Source of the DNA: Spirochaetia bacterium
GTDB lineage: Bacteria; Spirochaetota; Spirochaetia; UBA9216
NCBI GenBank assembly: GCA_963677925.2
Contig: CAXXYH010000004.1
Span: 288,001-352,000 of the forward strand
Reading direction: 5' to 3'
DNA: 64,000 nt
Position numbers and translations under genes: made by a program. The notes beneath the pieces were generated by a model, which saw only the letters and a list, made by a program, of their open reading frames with translations, searched no databases and was not told where the DNA came from. Below, one piece after another: positions 39,972 to 49,586 of the stretch; position 1 is the stretch's first letter; each line of letters opens with the position of its first letter.

Positions 39972-40661
39972 TCAGTCAAGAACAACGGTTTCAACCATAT
40001 ATCTAATACTTGGGCCGTTACCGTCGAGAACCTCTTTTTCAACAACAAAAACTAGTGATTTTTCATCAGGAGCGAACATTACCTGTTTAATCCTGTATTT
40101 CATCACATCTTTTCTTTTGTAATTGGGAAGACCTATTGTATAGGTCTTAGTATTGGTGTTTTTATCGGTAACTGAAAGGTTGATATAAAATGAAGCGCTG
40201 GGCTCCTTCTCTGTTCCAAACCTCTGTTGAATCAGAGCGACCTGATACTTACTGTTTTTAGTAAAGTCACGGAACTCCAGCTTATCTTTCGGTTCGTTGC
40301 CGTTTATAAGCAGATATACAATTCTGCCTTTGTTCAAATGATTAATACTGAACTTCTCAACCGCATCGGCGGACTCTTTCATAAGATTAAACAAGGCCCC
40401 GCTGCCGTCCTGTCCGGGCTGTGTACTTACAGAGTATTCCTTTTCCATAAGTCCGTTTTCAGCGTACCTGTTGGCTTTTACTGCTACTGTATGAAGTTCT
40501 GCATAGGGTTTAGTGGTGCTGCTGTCTATACCGTAAAGACCGAACATGAAATACTGTGAATCATCTGAAAATCCGAGATTTACGTAATTAGCCACATCAC
40601 CGGCAAACAATGAAAATGTACAAAGCAGCATCAGGATTATCATTAAATATTTCTTGTTCAT
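39972..40661 (-). CDS. DUF2259-like secreted protein
   Basis: Signal peptide then AGDVANYVNLGFSDDSQYFMFGLYG; RYMVET tail; GGAGG RBS. Confidence 0.75.
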   Translation of the reverse strand: MNKKYLMIILMLLCTFSLFAGDVANYVNLGFSDDSQYFMFGLYGIDSSTTKPYAELHTVAVKANRYAENGLMEKEYSVSTQPGQDGSGALFNLMKESADAVEKFSINHLNKGRIVYLLINGNEPKDKLEFRDFTKNSKYQVALIQQRFGTEKEPSASFYINLSVTDKNTNTKTYTIGLPNYKRKDVMKYRIKQVMFAPDEKSLVFVVEKEVLDGNGPSIRYMVETVVLD

Positions 40662-40741
40662 TAGTAGCCTCCATTTTTGAATATCGTACATTTTTACTCT
40701 TTTCTATAGTAAAAATATAAAGTCATATTTATAATATAGAT

Positions 40742-41506
40742 ATGACTTTACGGCTTCGAAACACTTCCATGCTGCTGCTTTCTGTGCTGATCTCTCTGAT
40801 GACGGCTTCTTTCATCATTCTGTTTGCAAGAAGTGCCGGAAGATCGGAGTCTGTAAACCTTCTGCAGTTTTTTTCAGTTCTAGCGACGATGGCGTTCGCA
40901 ACTGCAGCATGCTTTGTTATATTTGTATCCTTTAGAAATACCGCATCAGCAGAGATTTTCTTTTTCTTTCTCTTTCTGTGCAGTTTCTGCTTTGATATGT
41001 TCAAAGAAGGCCTGATTATAATCAACGACATCAGTCTGCCCTTCTCCTACAGTATGTTCATGACCAGAGTAGTCTATTTCGGAAGATTTTTCGGTATTGT
41101 TGCACTTTTCTGCAGCGGACTGTTTTCTACAGGATTGGAATACCAGAGAATGAGCATGATGTTTCTAATCAGTGTTATAATTGCCCTTGGCCTTGTGTCT
41201 CTTCTGCCTGTTGACTTGTCAAAAAATATTCCCGGTGGAACAAAAGAACTGGGAAGCTTCCTTGAAATTTATATTGTTCTGATTCTGCTTCAGCTGATTT
41301 CAGTAATTAACTTCATAATTGCAAGCAATAAAAATGAAAATACAGACTACCTGTTTCTTGCCGGCGGCCTTGTTCTTACAGTTGCCGGAAGGGAGCTTTT
41401 ATTTCTTCTGCCCGGATTAGTTGCTGCGTCGGCCGGATTTATCCTGCTCGCTTCAGGAACAGTTATATTCGGACTTAAAACGCACAGAATTTATCTTTGG
41501 GAATGA
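40742..41506 (+). CDS. Hypothetical polytopic membrane protein
   Basis: About 7 hydrophobic segments. Confidence 0.7.
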   Translation: MTLRLRNTSMLLLSVLISLMTASFIILFARSAGRSESVNLLQFFSVLATMAFATAACFVIFVSFRNTASAEIFFFFLFLCSFCFDMFKEGLIIINDISLPFSYSMFMTRVVYFGRFFGIVALFCSGLFSTGLEYQRMSMMFLISVIIALGLVSLLPVDLSKNIPGGTKELGSFLEIYIVLILLQLISVINFIIASNKNENTDYLFLAGGLVLTVAGRELLFLLPGLVAASAGFILLASGTVIFGLKTHRIYLWE

Positions 41507-41510
41507 TCCT

Positions 41511-42140
41511 CTAGAGAAGAAATGCGGCAGCCAGGCCGGTGCCGAGCGGAATCATGAGGTTATCCAGATCCTTGATTGGAACCAGCTCCAGAACCGTTGA
41601 AATACCCGCTATAAGCAGAGATACATATAAGTCAGAAGTTATTACCAGTGTCACTGCAAAAACAACGCTGAAGCACGACAGAGAGCCCTCAAGAGTCTTT
41701 CCGCGGAAGCCTGGCAGTTTTACACGGCCGAAGGTCTTACCGCCGAGGCTGGCGGCACTGTCACCGAAAGCAAGTGCATAGATAGCAATTGAAGCTGCAG
41801 GAAGAGGAAAAAGAATAAGGGCAAGCATGGTACCGACAGCCATTGTTACCGGACCGCCGACAAAGCCGTCCTTATCCCTTGTTCTTGCCGCACGCATCGT
41901 AATCCCGGAAATCAAAATCACCCTTTTACCTTTAATTCTCATGTATTCCGACCAGCAGTAAACAACTACAACGGCGGCAAGGAGAATTTGGGTTATAAAA
42001 AGATTAATGCCGGCCAGCAGCGGTACGAATGCCGCAAAAAGGTGTATAACCTTCCTGAAAACTTCTGTCTTTAATTCTGATGATATATATTGCAGAATTC
42101 TTTTCCCTGTTAAATTTTCGGTGAATCTGATGTTACTCAA
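41511..42140 (-). CDS. CTP-dependent lipid kinase/cytidylyltransferase family (SEC59/DGK1/VTE5-like)
   Basis: EVFRKVIH, AFGDSAASLGG, GKTLEGS, DLDNL motifs. Confidence 0.85.
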   Translation of the reverse strand: MSNIRFTENLTGKRILQYISSELKTEVFRKVIHLFAAFVPLLAGINLFITQILLAAVVVVYCWSEYMRIKGKRVILISGITMRAARTRDKDGFVGGPVTMAVGTMLALILFPLPAASIAIYALAFGDSAASLGGKTFGRVKLPGFRGKTLEGSLSCFSVVFAVTLVITSDLYVSLLIAGISTVLELVPIKDLDNLMIPLGTGLAAAFLL

Positions 42141-42177
42141 TTCCGGTACTCCAGTATATTACTTTCATTGATACTTT

Positions 42178-42193
42178 TGCAAATTCCATGCCA
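42178..42193 (-). promoter_or_regulatory. sigma54 (-24/-12) promoter
   Basis: Minus strand TGGCATGGAATTTGCA: GG-N10-GC with near-consensus flanks, 37 bp upstream of TTG 42140. Confidence 0.75.
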
Positions 42194-42317
42194 TTGCTGT
42201 TCATGATTTTACAAAAAATTATTTCATGGCTATATAAGGATTTATCGGACATTCTAAAAACAAAAAAAAGAAAAGTTTTAAAAAGTATACTTTTTTATAC
42301 AGTCAGCTGTAAAAATA

Positions 42318-42360
42318 AAAAAGAGCCGGTCAAGACGATTGCTTAATCAGCTCTTTTTTT
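42318..42360 (-). terminator. Intrinsic terminator after mrp
   Basis: AAAAAAGAGC...GCTCTTTTTT imperfect hairpin with A/T tracts. Confidence 0.65.
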
Positions 42361-42363
42361 CAA

Positions 42364-43176
42364 TTATTCTACAGACTTCACAATCCGGTCGATAATACCG
42401 CTTAACATCTTAACCGCTTCAGAGTCCGGATGCGCCTTAAACACATCAAGCCCCTTATCTTCGGCTTCCATCAGTTTCTGGTCAATTGGAATTCCGCCAA
42501 GGAATTCAACATCCATCTCTCCTGCAGCTTTTTCGCCTCCGCCCTTACCGAAAATGTAGTGGGTTTTTCCGCAGTCCGGACAAACAAAACCGCACATATT
42601 CTCTATAAGACCTATTACCGGAACCTTTACCTGCTTTGAAAAATTTATACTCTTTCTGGAATCAAGCACAGCTACATCCTGCGGTGTAGTGACAATTATA
42701 CTTCCATCTATTTCAGGTATAAGCTGACAGACAGAAAGAGGCTCATCACCTGTTCCCGGAGGAGAATCAATTATCAGAAAATCAAGATCTCCCCAGTTTA
42801 CTTCGGCCAGTATCTGTTTGATGAATCCCATTTTCAGAGGGCCCCGCCAAACAATCGGTGCATCCTGATCATTCCCTGTCATTGCAAGGCTTACAGCCTT
42901 AAGATTTTCATTAACAATCGGAGCCTCAATTCCTGTATCCGTCTGATAGAGGAGCTCGCCCTCAATTCCGAGCATTTTCGCAATATTCGGTCCATGAATA
43001 TCAGTGTCAACAATACCGACTTTATATCCCTTTTCAGCAAGCCCCCGGGCGATATTAACTGAAACCGTAGTCTTGCCTACACCGCCTTTTCCGCTCATGA
43101 TGACAATTTTATGCTTGATTCTGGCCATTCTTTCGGCCAGCTGCTTTTCCTGCTGTATCTGTTCTTCAGTTTTCAT
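42364..43176 (-). CDS. Mrp/NBP35 (ApbC) Fe-S cluster carrier ATPase
   Basis: SGKGGVGKT, DTDIHGPN, WRGP, DSPPGTGD, ENM..FVCPDCG. Confidence 0.93.
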   Translation of the reverse strand: MKTEEQIQQEKQLAERMARIKHKIVIMSGKGGVGKTTVSVNIARGLAEKGYKVGIVDTDIHGPNIAKMLGIEGELLYQTDTGIEAPIVNENLKAVSLAMTGNDQDAPIVWRGPLKMGFIKQILAEVNWGDLDFLIIDSPPGTGDEPLSVCQLIPEIDGSIIVTTPQDVAVLDSRKSINFSKQVKVPVIGLIENMCGFVCPDCGKTHYIFGKGGGEKAAGEMDVEFLGGIPIDQKLMEAEDKGLDVFKAHPDSEAVKMLSGIIDRIVKSVE

Positions 43177-43187
43177 TTATTCACCTA

Positions 43188-43556
43188 TTAATGATGATGT
43201 CCGCAGTCATCTCCGCCGTGATCATGGTTATGATCACAACCCACAGCACCGCCGGTCAGAGTACCGCTTCTGAAAGATTCAAGAACAGTGTTCACATCTC
43301 CGGAAACACTTCCAATAACATCGATGCCGTTTCTCTGCATATTAGCAACGGCACCTCCGCCGATGCCTCCGACAATCAAAACTTTTACGCCGTTATCTAC
43401 CATCATCTGCGGCAGGGTCTGGCAATGTCCGCCAGGATTAGCTTTATACTCCAGATCAGCTACACCATTTTCATTCACCTGAGCAAAAGTAAAACCGGGA
43501 GCCTGTCCGAAATGCCCGGATACCTGTCCATCAGCGGTTGCTACTGCTACTTTCAT
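43188..43556 (-). CDS. NifB/NifX-family FeMo-cofactor-binding domain protein with His/Cys-rich tail
   Basis: MKVAVAT...VSGHFGQAPGF, GGIGGGA, CDHNHDHGGDDCGHHH. Confidence 0.88.
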   Translation of the reverse strand: MKVAVATADGQVSGHFGQAPGFTFAQVNENGVADLEYKANPGGHCQTLPQMMVDNGVKVLIVGGIGGGAVANMQRNGIDVIGSVSGDVNTVLESFRSGTLTGGAVGCDHNHDHGGDDCGHHH

Positions 43557-44028
43557 TTCCTTTCTCCTTTCTGCAGTCCGGACAAACTCCATAGAACTGC
43601 ACTATATGTCTTTTTATTTCAAATCCGTGTTTTTTCGAAAGAACGGATTCAACTTTCCTGTAAAGATCTATTTCATCTTCAATAAAATCTGAATACTTCA
43701 CAACCCTGAAACATTTCTCGCACACAAGCTGATGGTGATGTGCTGCACTCTGGTCATCTGCCAGAATATATCTGGCCCGGCCCTCTCCAAAATTGTACCT
43801 GGTTACAAGGCCCATTTCATCCAGAAGAATCAGCGTCCTGTAAACTGTAGCAATTCCGGTTGCCGGAGAATCTTCTCTTATTTTTGAGAATATCTCTTCA
43901 GCACTCATATAACCGTCAGCCTGTTCAAGAACTTCAATCACCAGCTGTCTGGGAATTGTCATTCTAAGACCGCGGTCCTTAATTCCGCCCTCAAAATTCA
44001 TGCAGCATGGTTTCTTTCTGTTTTGCAT
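43531..44028 (-). CDS. fur: Fur family transcriptional regulator
   Basis: GLRMTIPR, SAEEI, GIATVYRTL, HHHQLVCEKC, GVCPDC. Confidence 0.9.
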   Translation of the reverse strand: MQNRKKPCCMNFEGGIKDRGLRMTIPRQLVIEVLEQADGYMSAEEIFSKIREDSPATGIATVYRTLILLDEMGLVTRYNFGEGRARYILADDQSAAHHHQLVCEKCFRVVKYSDFIEDEIDLYRKVESVLSKKHGFEIKRHIVQFYGVCPDCRKEKGNESSSSNR

Positions 44029-44048
44029 CAGTTTCTATCCGAACGTTT

Positions 44049-44070
44049 GATATTGAGAATCATTATCAAT
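44049..44070. promoter_or_regulatory. Fur box upstream of fur operon
   Basis: GATATTGAGAATCATTATC (44049-44067) matches GATAATGATAATCATTATC at 17/19; near-palindrome ATTGAGAAT-C-ATTATCAAT. Confidence 0.85.
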
Positions 44071-44101
44071 AAATGTATAAAAAAAACCGGACATGGTCAA
44101 G

Positions 44102-44488
44102 CTAGTTCAGGCTGACTCCGAACAGAGTTTTGACTGAACTTTGAAGTGTATTTCTTGAAAACGGCTTAATAAGCCAGGAAGCGGAAAGAAGAAGCTCAAT
44201 GGAATTAAGCTGGATTTTTTCAATTTCAAGTTTTCTGCTTTCAGAAGCGAGGAAAAGAAATTTAATCTCTTTCCCCTCATAACTCCTGAGACCCTCCAGA
44301 ACCTCTGTCCAAAGGGCCGATTTAATATCCATATCGACAATTAAAAGCTTAACTTTGGTTCTTTGAAGATACCTCTCAATCTCGGTAATAGAATCACTGC
44401 TCATGATTTCCCATCTATCCTCAAGAGCAAATCTGATATCACTAATCAAAGCTTCTGAATCAGCAAGTAGAACCAACTCAAACCTCAC
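44102..44488 (-). CDS. Single-domain response regulator (receiver)
   Basis: LLIVDMD and LIKPF; 2 bp after the sigma gene. Confidence 0.7.
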   Translation of the reverse strand: MRFELVLLADSEALISDIRFALEDRWEIMSSDSITEIERYLQRTKVKLLIVDMDIKSALWTEVLEGLRSYEGKEIKFLFLASESRKLEIEKIQLNSIELLLSASWLIKPFSRNTLQSSVKTLFGVSLN

Positions 44489-44490
44489 AA

Positions 44491-45465
44491 TTACATAACA
44501 CTCTTCAATTCCTGAATTTCCGAGAATTCTCTCAGTTTCAGGATAGCCTTATTCTGGATCTGTCTGACACGCTCCCTGGTAATTGAAAACAGTTTTCCAA
44601 TATCTTCCAAAGTAAGCGGTGCTTTTCCATTAAGTCCGAACCGAAGTTTAATAATTTCCCTTTCTCTTTCAGTGAGTTCATTAAGTGAATACTGAAGTAT
44701 TTCCTTTACATTTATCCTGAAAAAATCTTCAAAGGGACCGATATAATCTTCGCCTGAAATAAGCTCTGCCAGATTTGTACTGTTGTCATCATCCACAGTT
44801 GTATCCAGAGATGCAGTGTCGCCGGTACTGTTAAGAATGCTTTCAACCTTTTCTTCTGAAATATTCAGATAGTTTGCAATTTCGGAAGCTTTGGGATCCC
44901 TTCCAAGATCCTGTGTAAGCTCTCTAGATGCGGAATAGAATTTTCTGGCGGAGTTAAGTACATGAACGGGTATTCGTATAGTACGGCCTTTATCAGCTAT
45001 CGATTTGATAATCGACTGCTGTATCCACCAGGTTCCGTAAGTCGAAAACTTACAGCCCTTCCGGTAATCAAAGCGCTCAACAGCTTCTATAAGTCCGATA
45101 TTGCCTTCATTTATCAGATCGATAAGGTTAAGACCCCGATGCTGATATTTTTTGGCGATAGAAACGACAAGCCTTAGATTACTTGTAATCAGATGATTTC
45201 TATGGACTTCTGATTCCGCCTCAAGAAAAGATCTGGCCTTGTCATATTCCTCACGGCTAATTTCAGCGTACTGCAGTCTTTCATCAAGCTCCTGCAGACC
45301 TTTTTTTGTCTCGCTGATATTATACGCAAGATCCAACTCATCATTCCGGGACAGTAACGGATAAACCGAAATCTGCTTCAGATATGAAGACAGGGCATCT
45401 TTTTCTACAGATTCCTGCTCCCTTTCACTTTCACTGTCTATGTACCATACCTCATTCATGCTCAC
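44491..45465 (-). CDS. RpoD/RpoS-family (group 2-like) sigma factor lacking region 1.1
   Basis: YLKQIS.YPLLS, NLRLVVSIAKKY, DLINEGNIGL, KFSTYGTWWI, TRERVRQI. Confidence 0.9.
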   Translation of the reverse strand: MSMNEVWYIDSESEREQESVEKDALSSYLKQISVYPLLSRNDELDLAYNISETKKGLQELDERLQYAEISREEYDKARSFLEAESEVHRNHLITSNLRLVVSIAKKYQHRGLNLIDLINEGNIGLIEAVERFDYRKGCKFSTYGTWWIQQSIIKSIADKGRTIRIPVHVLNSARKFYSASRELTQDLGRDPKASEIANYLNISEEKVESILNSTGDTASLDTTVDDDNSTNLAELISGEDYIGPFEDFFRINVKEILQYSLNELTEREREIIKLRFGLNGKAPLTLEDIGKLFSITRERVRQIQNKAILKLREFSEIQELKSVM

Positions 45466-45535
45466 ATAATTACACGGCTAAGACCATAAAAAAATCAGGT
45501 TAGTTTGAGATATGACATAAGAACCCGCCCCATTC

Positions 45536-45558
45536 GCTATAGGGGTTTCCCCTATAGC
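45536..45558. promoter_or_regulatory. Perfect palindrome between lgt and the sigma gene (operator or hairpin)
   Basis: GCTATAGGGG-TTT-CCCCTATAGC. Confidence 0.5.
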
Positions 45559-45613
45559 TGATACAGGTATTTGAGTATCCTGCAAAATTTTTGGAGTTTT
45601 GAAATTGCCTTAT

Positions 45614-46618
45614 TTATTTAATCTTTTTTCTTTTCTTTCTAAGGCTTTCAGATTTGACAGTGGCTTCTGTGTTTTCAGCCTCTTTCAGGACCTGTTTTTT
45701 TCTGACCTGATACAGAATTACACCGGTCAAAATCATAAACAGACACAGAATCTGTCCTGTAGTAAAGTTTAGAAATGAGTTAAATAAGGCAGGATCCTCC
45801 GGGGCTGCTCCAAAATTAAGCGGAAAGCCCATATCTGAATCCGGTTCTCTGAAGTATTCAATAAAAAAGCGGACTATACCGTAGCCGATGAGATAGAAAC
45901 TAAGCATTGCCCCGTCGAATTTCTTTCTGTTTTTCAGAACAAACCACAGCACAAGCCACAAAATAACACCTTCAAAGGCGGCCTCATATAGCTGTGAGGG
46001 GTGCCGGGGCAGATTAACCAGTCCGGATTCCGGCAGTTTCATACCTACCTCGGCGGCAACTCTCTGAACCCAGTCAAGTTTTACTGAAAATCTTCCGGCA
46101 TGAGGAAATACAATACCCCAGGATTTGGTTGTAACACGGCCCCAGAGTTCTCCGTTAATAAAGTTTCCAAGACGTCCGAATGTATATCCAAGCGGAATAC
46201 CGGGCGCTGTAAAATCAGCCATCTTAAACCAGCTGATTTTTTTTACACGGCAGAAAATAAGCGTACCGACAATCGCGCCGAAAACCCCGCCGTGGTAACT
46301 CATACCCTGAAGCCCGGTAAACTGTCCGTTTCTGAAGGGTACAAATATCATCCAGGGGTGGGTAATATAATAGTGTTCAGGGTCATAAATAGTAGTTGCA
46401 AAGATCCTCGCACCAATAAGAAGTCCAAGGATACCCCAGAAAAAATAATTAACTATATCATCTTCTTTGAGATTCGGTTTTTCATCTTTTATCTGTTTCT
46501 GCATCAGAAACCAGGCAATTCCGAACGCTATGAGATACATAAGGCTGTACCAGCGGATAGGAAACCCGGGAATTATTTCAGGCTTTATCCATGATGGAAA
46601 GTTTATAAATGCAAGCAT
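45614..46618 (-). CDS. lgt: Prolipoprotein diacylglyceryl transferase
   Basis: IRWYSLMY, GMSYHGG, GRLGNFINGELWGR, HPSQLYE, RFFIEYFREPD. Confidence 0.97.
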   Translation of the reverse strand: MLAFINFPSWIKPEIIPGFPIRWYSLMYLIAFGIAWFLMQKQIKDEKPNLKEDDIVNYFFWGILGLLIGARIFATTIYDPEHYYITHPWMIFVPFRNGQFTGLQGMSYHGGVFGAIVGTLIFCRVKKISWFKMADFTAPGIPLGYTFGRLGNFINGELWGRVTTKSWGIVFPHAGRFSVKLDWVQRVAAEVGMKLPESGLVNLPRHPSQLYEAAFEGVILWLVLWFVLKNRKKFDGAMLSFYLIGYGIVRFFIEYFREPDSDMGFPLNFGAAPEDPALFNSFLNFTTGQILCLFMILTGVILYQVRKKQVLKEAENTEATVKSESLRKKRKKIK

Positions 46619-49584
46619 TATTTCTCCTTCTGCTTATCTTCCTGCTGATTATAGGGAACTTTTTCGAGAAATCCGCTTTCTTCATTAAAGATAATTTTAA
46701 TTGATTTCTCTTTTTTTGTTATATCAAGAGTTCTTCCATGACTTTCAAAAACAACTCCGGGAAAAACCTCTCCCCGTATAATTATTTCTGATGGAAAATG
46801 CTGCTCAAACCGCTCCTTCAGTGTGAAGATACGGACCCCGCGTTTTTCCATGATTTTCATTAATTTTACCTTCTCCTGCCTCAGCCTGTTTAATCCCTGA
46901 GAATCCTTTTCCTTCTCACAATTTCTCATCTCGGGATCAAGCTTAACAAGACGGTTTTTTATTTTTGTTATTTCCTTCTCTTCTATCTCAATCTGATCGG
47001 CAATCAGATAATCCTGACCGAAAGAAATCTCGGTTCTTGTTCCGGAAAGCGAGCCGATATTAGCAGCCTCAATACCCTTCCTGGCCTGAATTTTCCCGCC
47101 TACCAGGTATCCTTTTTCGGTCATTAACCTGAGTTTACCGTTGCATTTTACCTTACAGCCGAAAACCGCATTCTTTACGATGATGTCTTCAACAGCCAGA
47201 AGCGTAGCCCTTTCAGCAAATGAAACTCTAATGGAATCTTTTGCCCTAAGCAGAGCCTTACCGCCGCCCTTGATACCCTGGTTGACTGTTATGGTTTTCT
47301 CAGAGGAAAGCAGAGACATCTCCGAGTTCATTCCAATGTTTACATTCCCGCCGGCCATAATGTAGAAACCGTTTTTTACAGTTCCTTTAACCTGAACATC
47401 TCCGCTGAACTTGATGTTGCCAACACTGAAATCTACATCACCCTTAACAAAAAATCCTTCCTGAATCTCAATTTTGTTATTTTCATAGATAAGCCTTCCA
47501 CCCTTTTCAGCCATCAGGAAGGTGTTTCCCTCTTCGTCTTTTTCTTCAATGACGTTTGCACCGATTTCAACATTCAGCGGAGTCAGCTGTTTTGCGGGCA
47601 GTGTATTTCCAAGAACATCCCATCCATCCTCAGATTCTCCCTGAATGACCTGAATCTCAGCCAGGATCTCACCCTTTTTAACATTAGTTATCCGATTCTG
47701 ACTTCGATAGTTAGCCTTGCCCTTTTCGTCGATAGAGACCTTGTTTCCGTCAGCCATTTCAGCCAGGAATTTAAGTTTGTATTCTCCAGCATTCTTCGGA
47801 GCCTTTCCCATCGCAAACAGTGCACCACCCACAGACTCACCGTTCCGGGCTTTTTCAACAGCGCTCTTAACAAGATCGATATTTATTCCCGATTTAAGTC
47901 CGGCCTCGGCAATCTGCCTGTTAACCTCTTCAAGCGACGGAGGAATTCCGGTTCCGGCAGCAGGTTCAATGGAAAGGGTTGCAGTCATTTTGTCAGCAGC
48001 AACCTTTACTTCAATTTCGGCATCACGATGGCTCCTGACGCGGAGTATCGTTTTCCCTTCTGAATCGAAGCATTCAAGAAGTCCGTCTATTTCTGAAATA
48101 TACATTCCCTTTTCAAAACGGACATTCTCAAGAGATTCAATTACAGCGCCCTTCGCGGAGGTCTCAATTTCATCTCCGAATACATCGGCACCTTTTTTAC
48201 CTGATGATGAAAGAACAGATGCAAGGTTCTGATCTTTTTTTACATTGGCGGCCCCGCTGATTTCTTTCGGATGATAATCCGCGGCTGAAGGAATATCCTT
48301 AAATGCAGCGGAATCCATTCCTCCGGCCCGCTTTTTTATATCATCAACTGCGGCATCAGAAAGAAGCTGCAGTTCATACTCGACAGAACCGCCCTCACCT
48401 TCTTCAGGAGCTGTACCCTCACATAAAATGAAACGGATGTCCTTCTCTGCGCTTTTTTGAAAATCAAGAATCACTTCCTGAATTTTTTTAAGATCCATTC
48501 CCTTCAGGCCGCTGTTCTTTATTGCAGATCCGGCTTCTTTCAGAACCAGAGGCTTACCGGCGCCGCGGCCCTTATGCATTACCATTTCGGCAACAAGCCT
48601 GTTATCTGATACTTCAATTCTGAAATAACCGTCGTCATCACTGCTTATGATGACATTCTTCAGAACTTTTCCGGCTACAGCGGCAGTGGATATAATCTGG
48701 TTAATCTTCTCGGCACCGACCAGAGCCGATTCAGGACATCCCAGCATTTCCGCCCTTTTAATAATTTCAGCGGGGTCGGGAAGACTGACTTCCTCTCCTC
48801 CGGGATTGAAATTAAGAAGGCATGTGTTCTTGTCTTTTGAAAGTTCCAGATTCCAGTCATGACTTTTAAAGGGTATAACCTCAATCCAGTTCCAGCCGCG
48901 GCGGACAATACCTGTTTCAGTGGCAATAATTGAACTGCCCTTTTTCTCGGTATTTGTTCCCAGCCAGAACTCATCTTCCTGAGAAAGAGGCACAATAGGC
49001 TTTCCGTATACATCCTTGCCCAGTTTACCCGGTTTTGCTGCTATTATATCTGCAAGCTTGTCTTCCTTTTCAGCCCAGCCGGCTGCTATCACATCAGGAA
49101 TCACATTTACCCGGACTTTTTTCTCTTTTTTAACTAGATCCTTTACGGTCTCGGTTTTATCTTTTGCAAAAGGAAGAATACCTTTTTTCTTAACAGTCTT
49201 TTCTACCGGAACTTTTTCTATTTCAGTATTCCAGATTTCAGGTGCCGCCGCATTTTTTAAAAAACGCTCAACATCCTCTTCAAGGCCCTCGGGAATTTTC
49301 AGCTCGGACCACTCACGTTCTTCCGGAACGAGGGGCTCAGCATGATCACCCTCAGCGATGGTAATACTTATCTCTTCATTCGATTCGAGGAGTTTTTCAA
49401 TTTTCTGTTCAAGTTCTTTTCTGTCGAAACCGTATGTGATCTTGTTTTCCGCAATCAGCCGGTTAACGCTCTGTGCATCTATTTCTATTCCGTTTTCATC
49501 CGGAATAAAATGAAGCACGGCAAGCAGAGCCTCATCATCTGTCTCAATGCTGATTCTGCCAAGAAGTTTTTGTTCGCCCGCCAT
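46618..49584 (-). CDS. FapA (DUF342) family protein, extended
   Basis: Repeated N-terminal units (G.DVYG/G.DVFG/GWDVLG) and VKGDVDFSVGNIKFSGDV beta-helix, GG.IQA, GEVFPGV. Confidence 0.85.
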   Translation of the reverse strand: MAGEQKLLGRISIETDDEALLAVLHFIPDENGIEIDAQSVNRLIAENKITYGFDRKELEQKIEKLLESNEEISITIAEGDHAEPLVPEEREWSELKIPEGLEEDVERFLKNAAAPEIWNTEIEKVPVEKTVKKKGILPFAKDKTETVKDLVKKEKKVRVNVIPDVIAAGWAEKEDKLADIIAAKPGKLGKDVYGKPIVPLSQEDEFWLGTNTEKKGSSIIATETGIVRRGWNWIEVIPFKSHDWNLELSKDKNTCLLNFNPGGEEVSLPDPAEIIKRAEMLGCPESALVGAEKINQIISTAAVAGKVLKNVIISSDDDGYFRIEVSDNRLVAEMVMHKGRGAGKPLVLKEAGSAIKNSGLKGMDLKKIQEVILDFQKSAEKDIRFILCEGTAPEEGEGGSVEYELQLLSDAAVDDIKKRAGGMDSAAFKDIPSAADYHPKEISGAANVKKDQNLASVLSSSGKKGADVFGDEIETSAKGAVIESLENVRFEKGMYISEIDGLLECFDSEGKTILRVRSHRDAEIEVKVAADKMTATLSIEPAAGTGIPPSLEEVNRQIAEAGLKSGINIDLVKSAVEKARNGESVGGALFAMGKAPKNAGEYKLKFLAEMADGNKVSIDEKGKANYRSQNRITNVKKGEILAEIQVIQGESEDGWDVLGNTLPAKQLTPLNVEIGANVIEEKDEEGNTFLMAEKGGRLIYENNKIEIQEGFFVKGDVDFSVGNIKFSGDVQVKGTVKNGFYIMAGGNVNIGMNSEMSLLSSEKTITVNQGIKGGGKALLRAKDSIRVSFAERATLLAVEDIIVKNAVFGCKVKCNGKLRLMTEKGYLVGGKIQARKGIEAANIGSLSGTRTEISFGQDYLIADQIEIEEKEITKIKNRLVKLDPEMRNCEKEKDSQGLNRLRQEKVKLMKIMEKRGVRIFTLKERFEQHFPSEIIIRGEVFPGVVFESHGRTLDITKKEKSIKIIFNEESGFLEKVPYNQQEDKQKEK

Positions 49585-49586
49585 AC

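Noticed and set aside
43188-43556. Nitrogen fixation gene cluster
   Set aside because: Only a NifX-like domain, common in non-diazotrophs; no nifHDK or nifEN here
45466-45613. sigma54 promoter for the RpoS-like gene, as in Borrelia
   Set aside because: A TTGCA is present on the minus strand but without GG at the required -24 spacing
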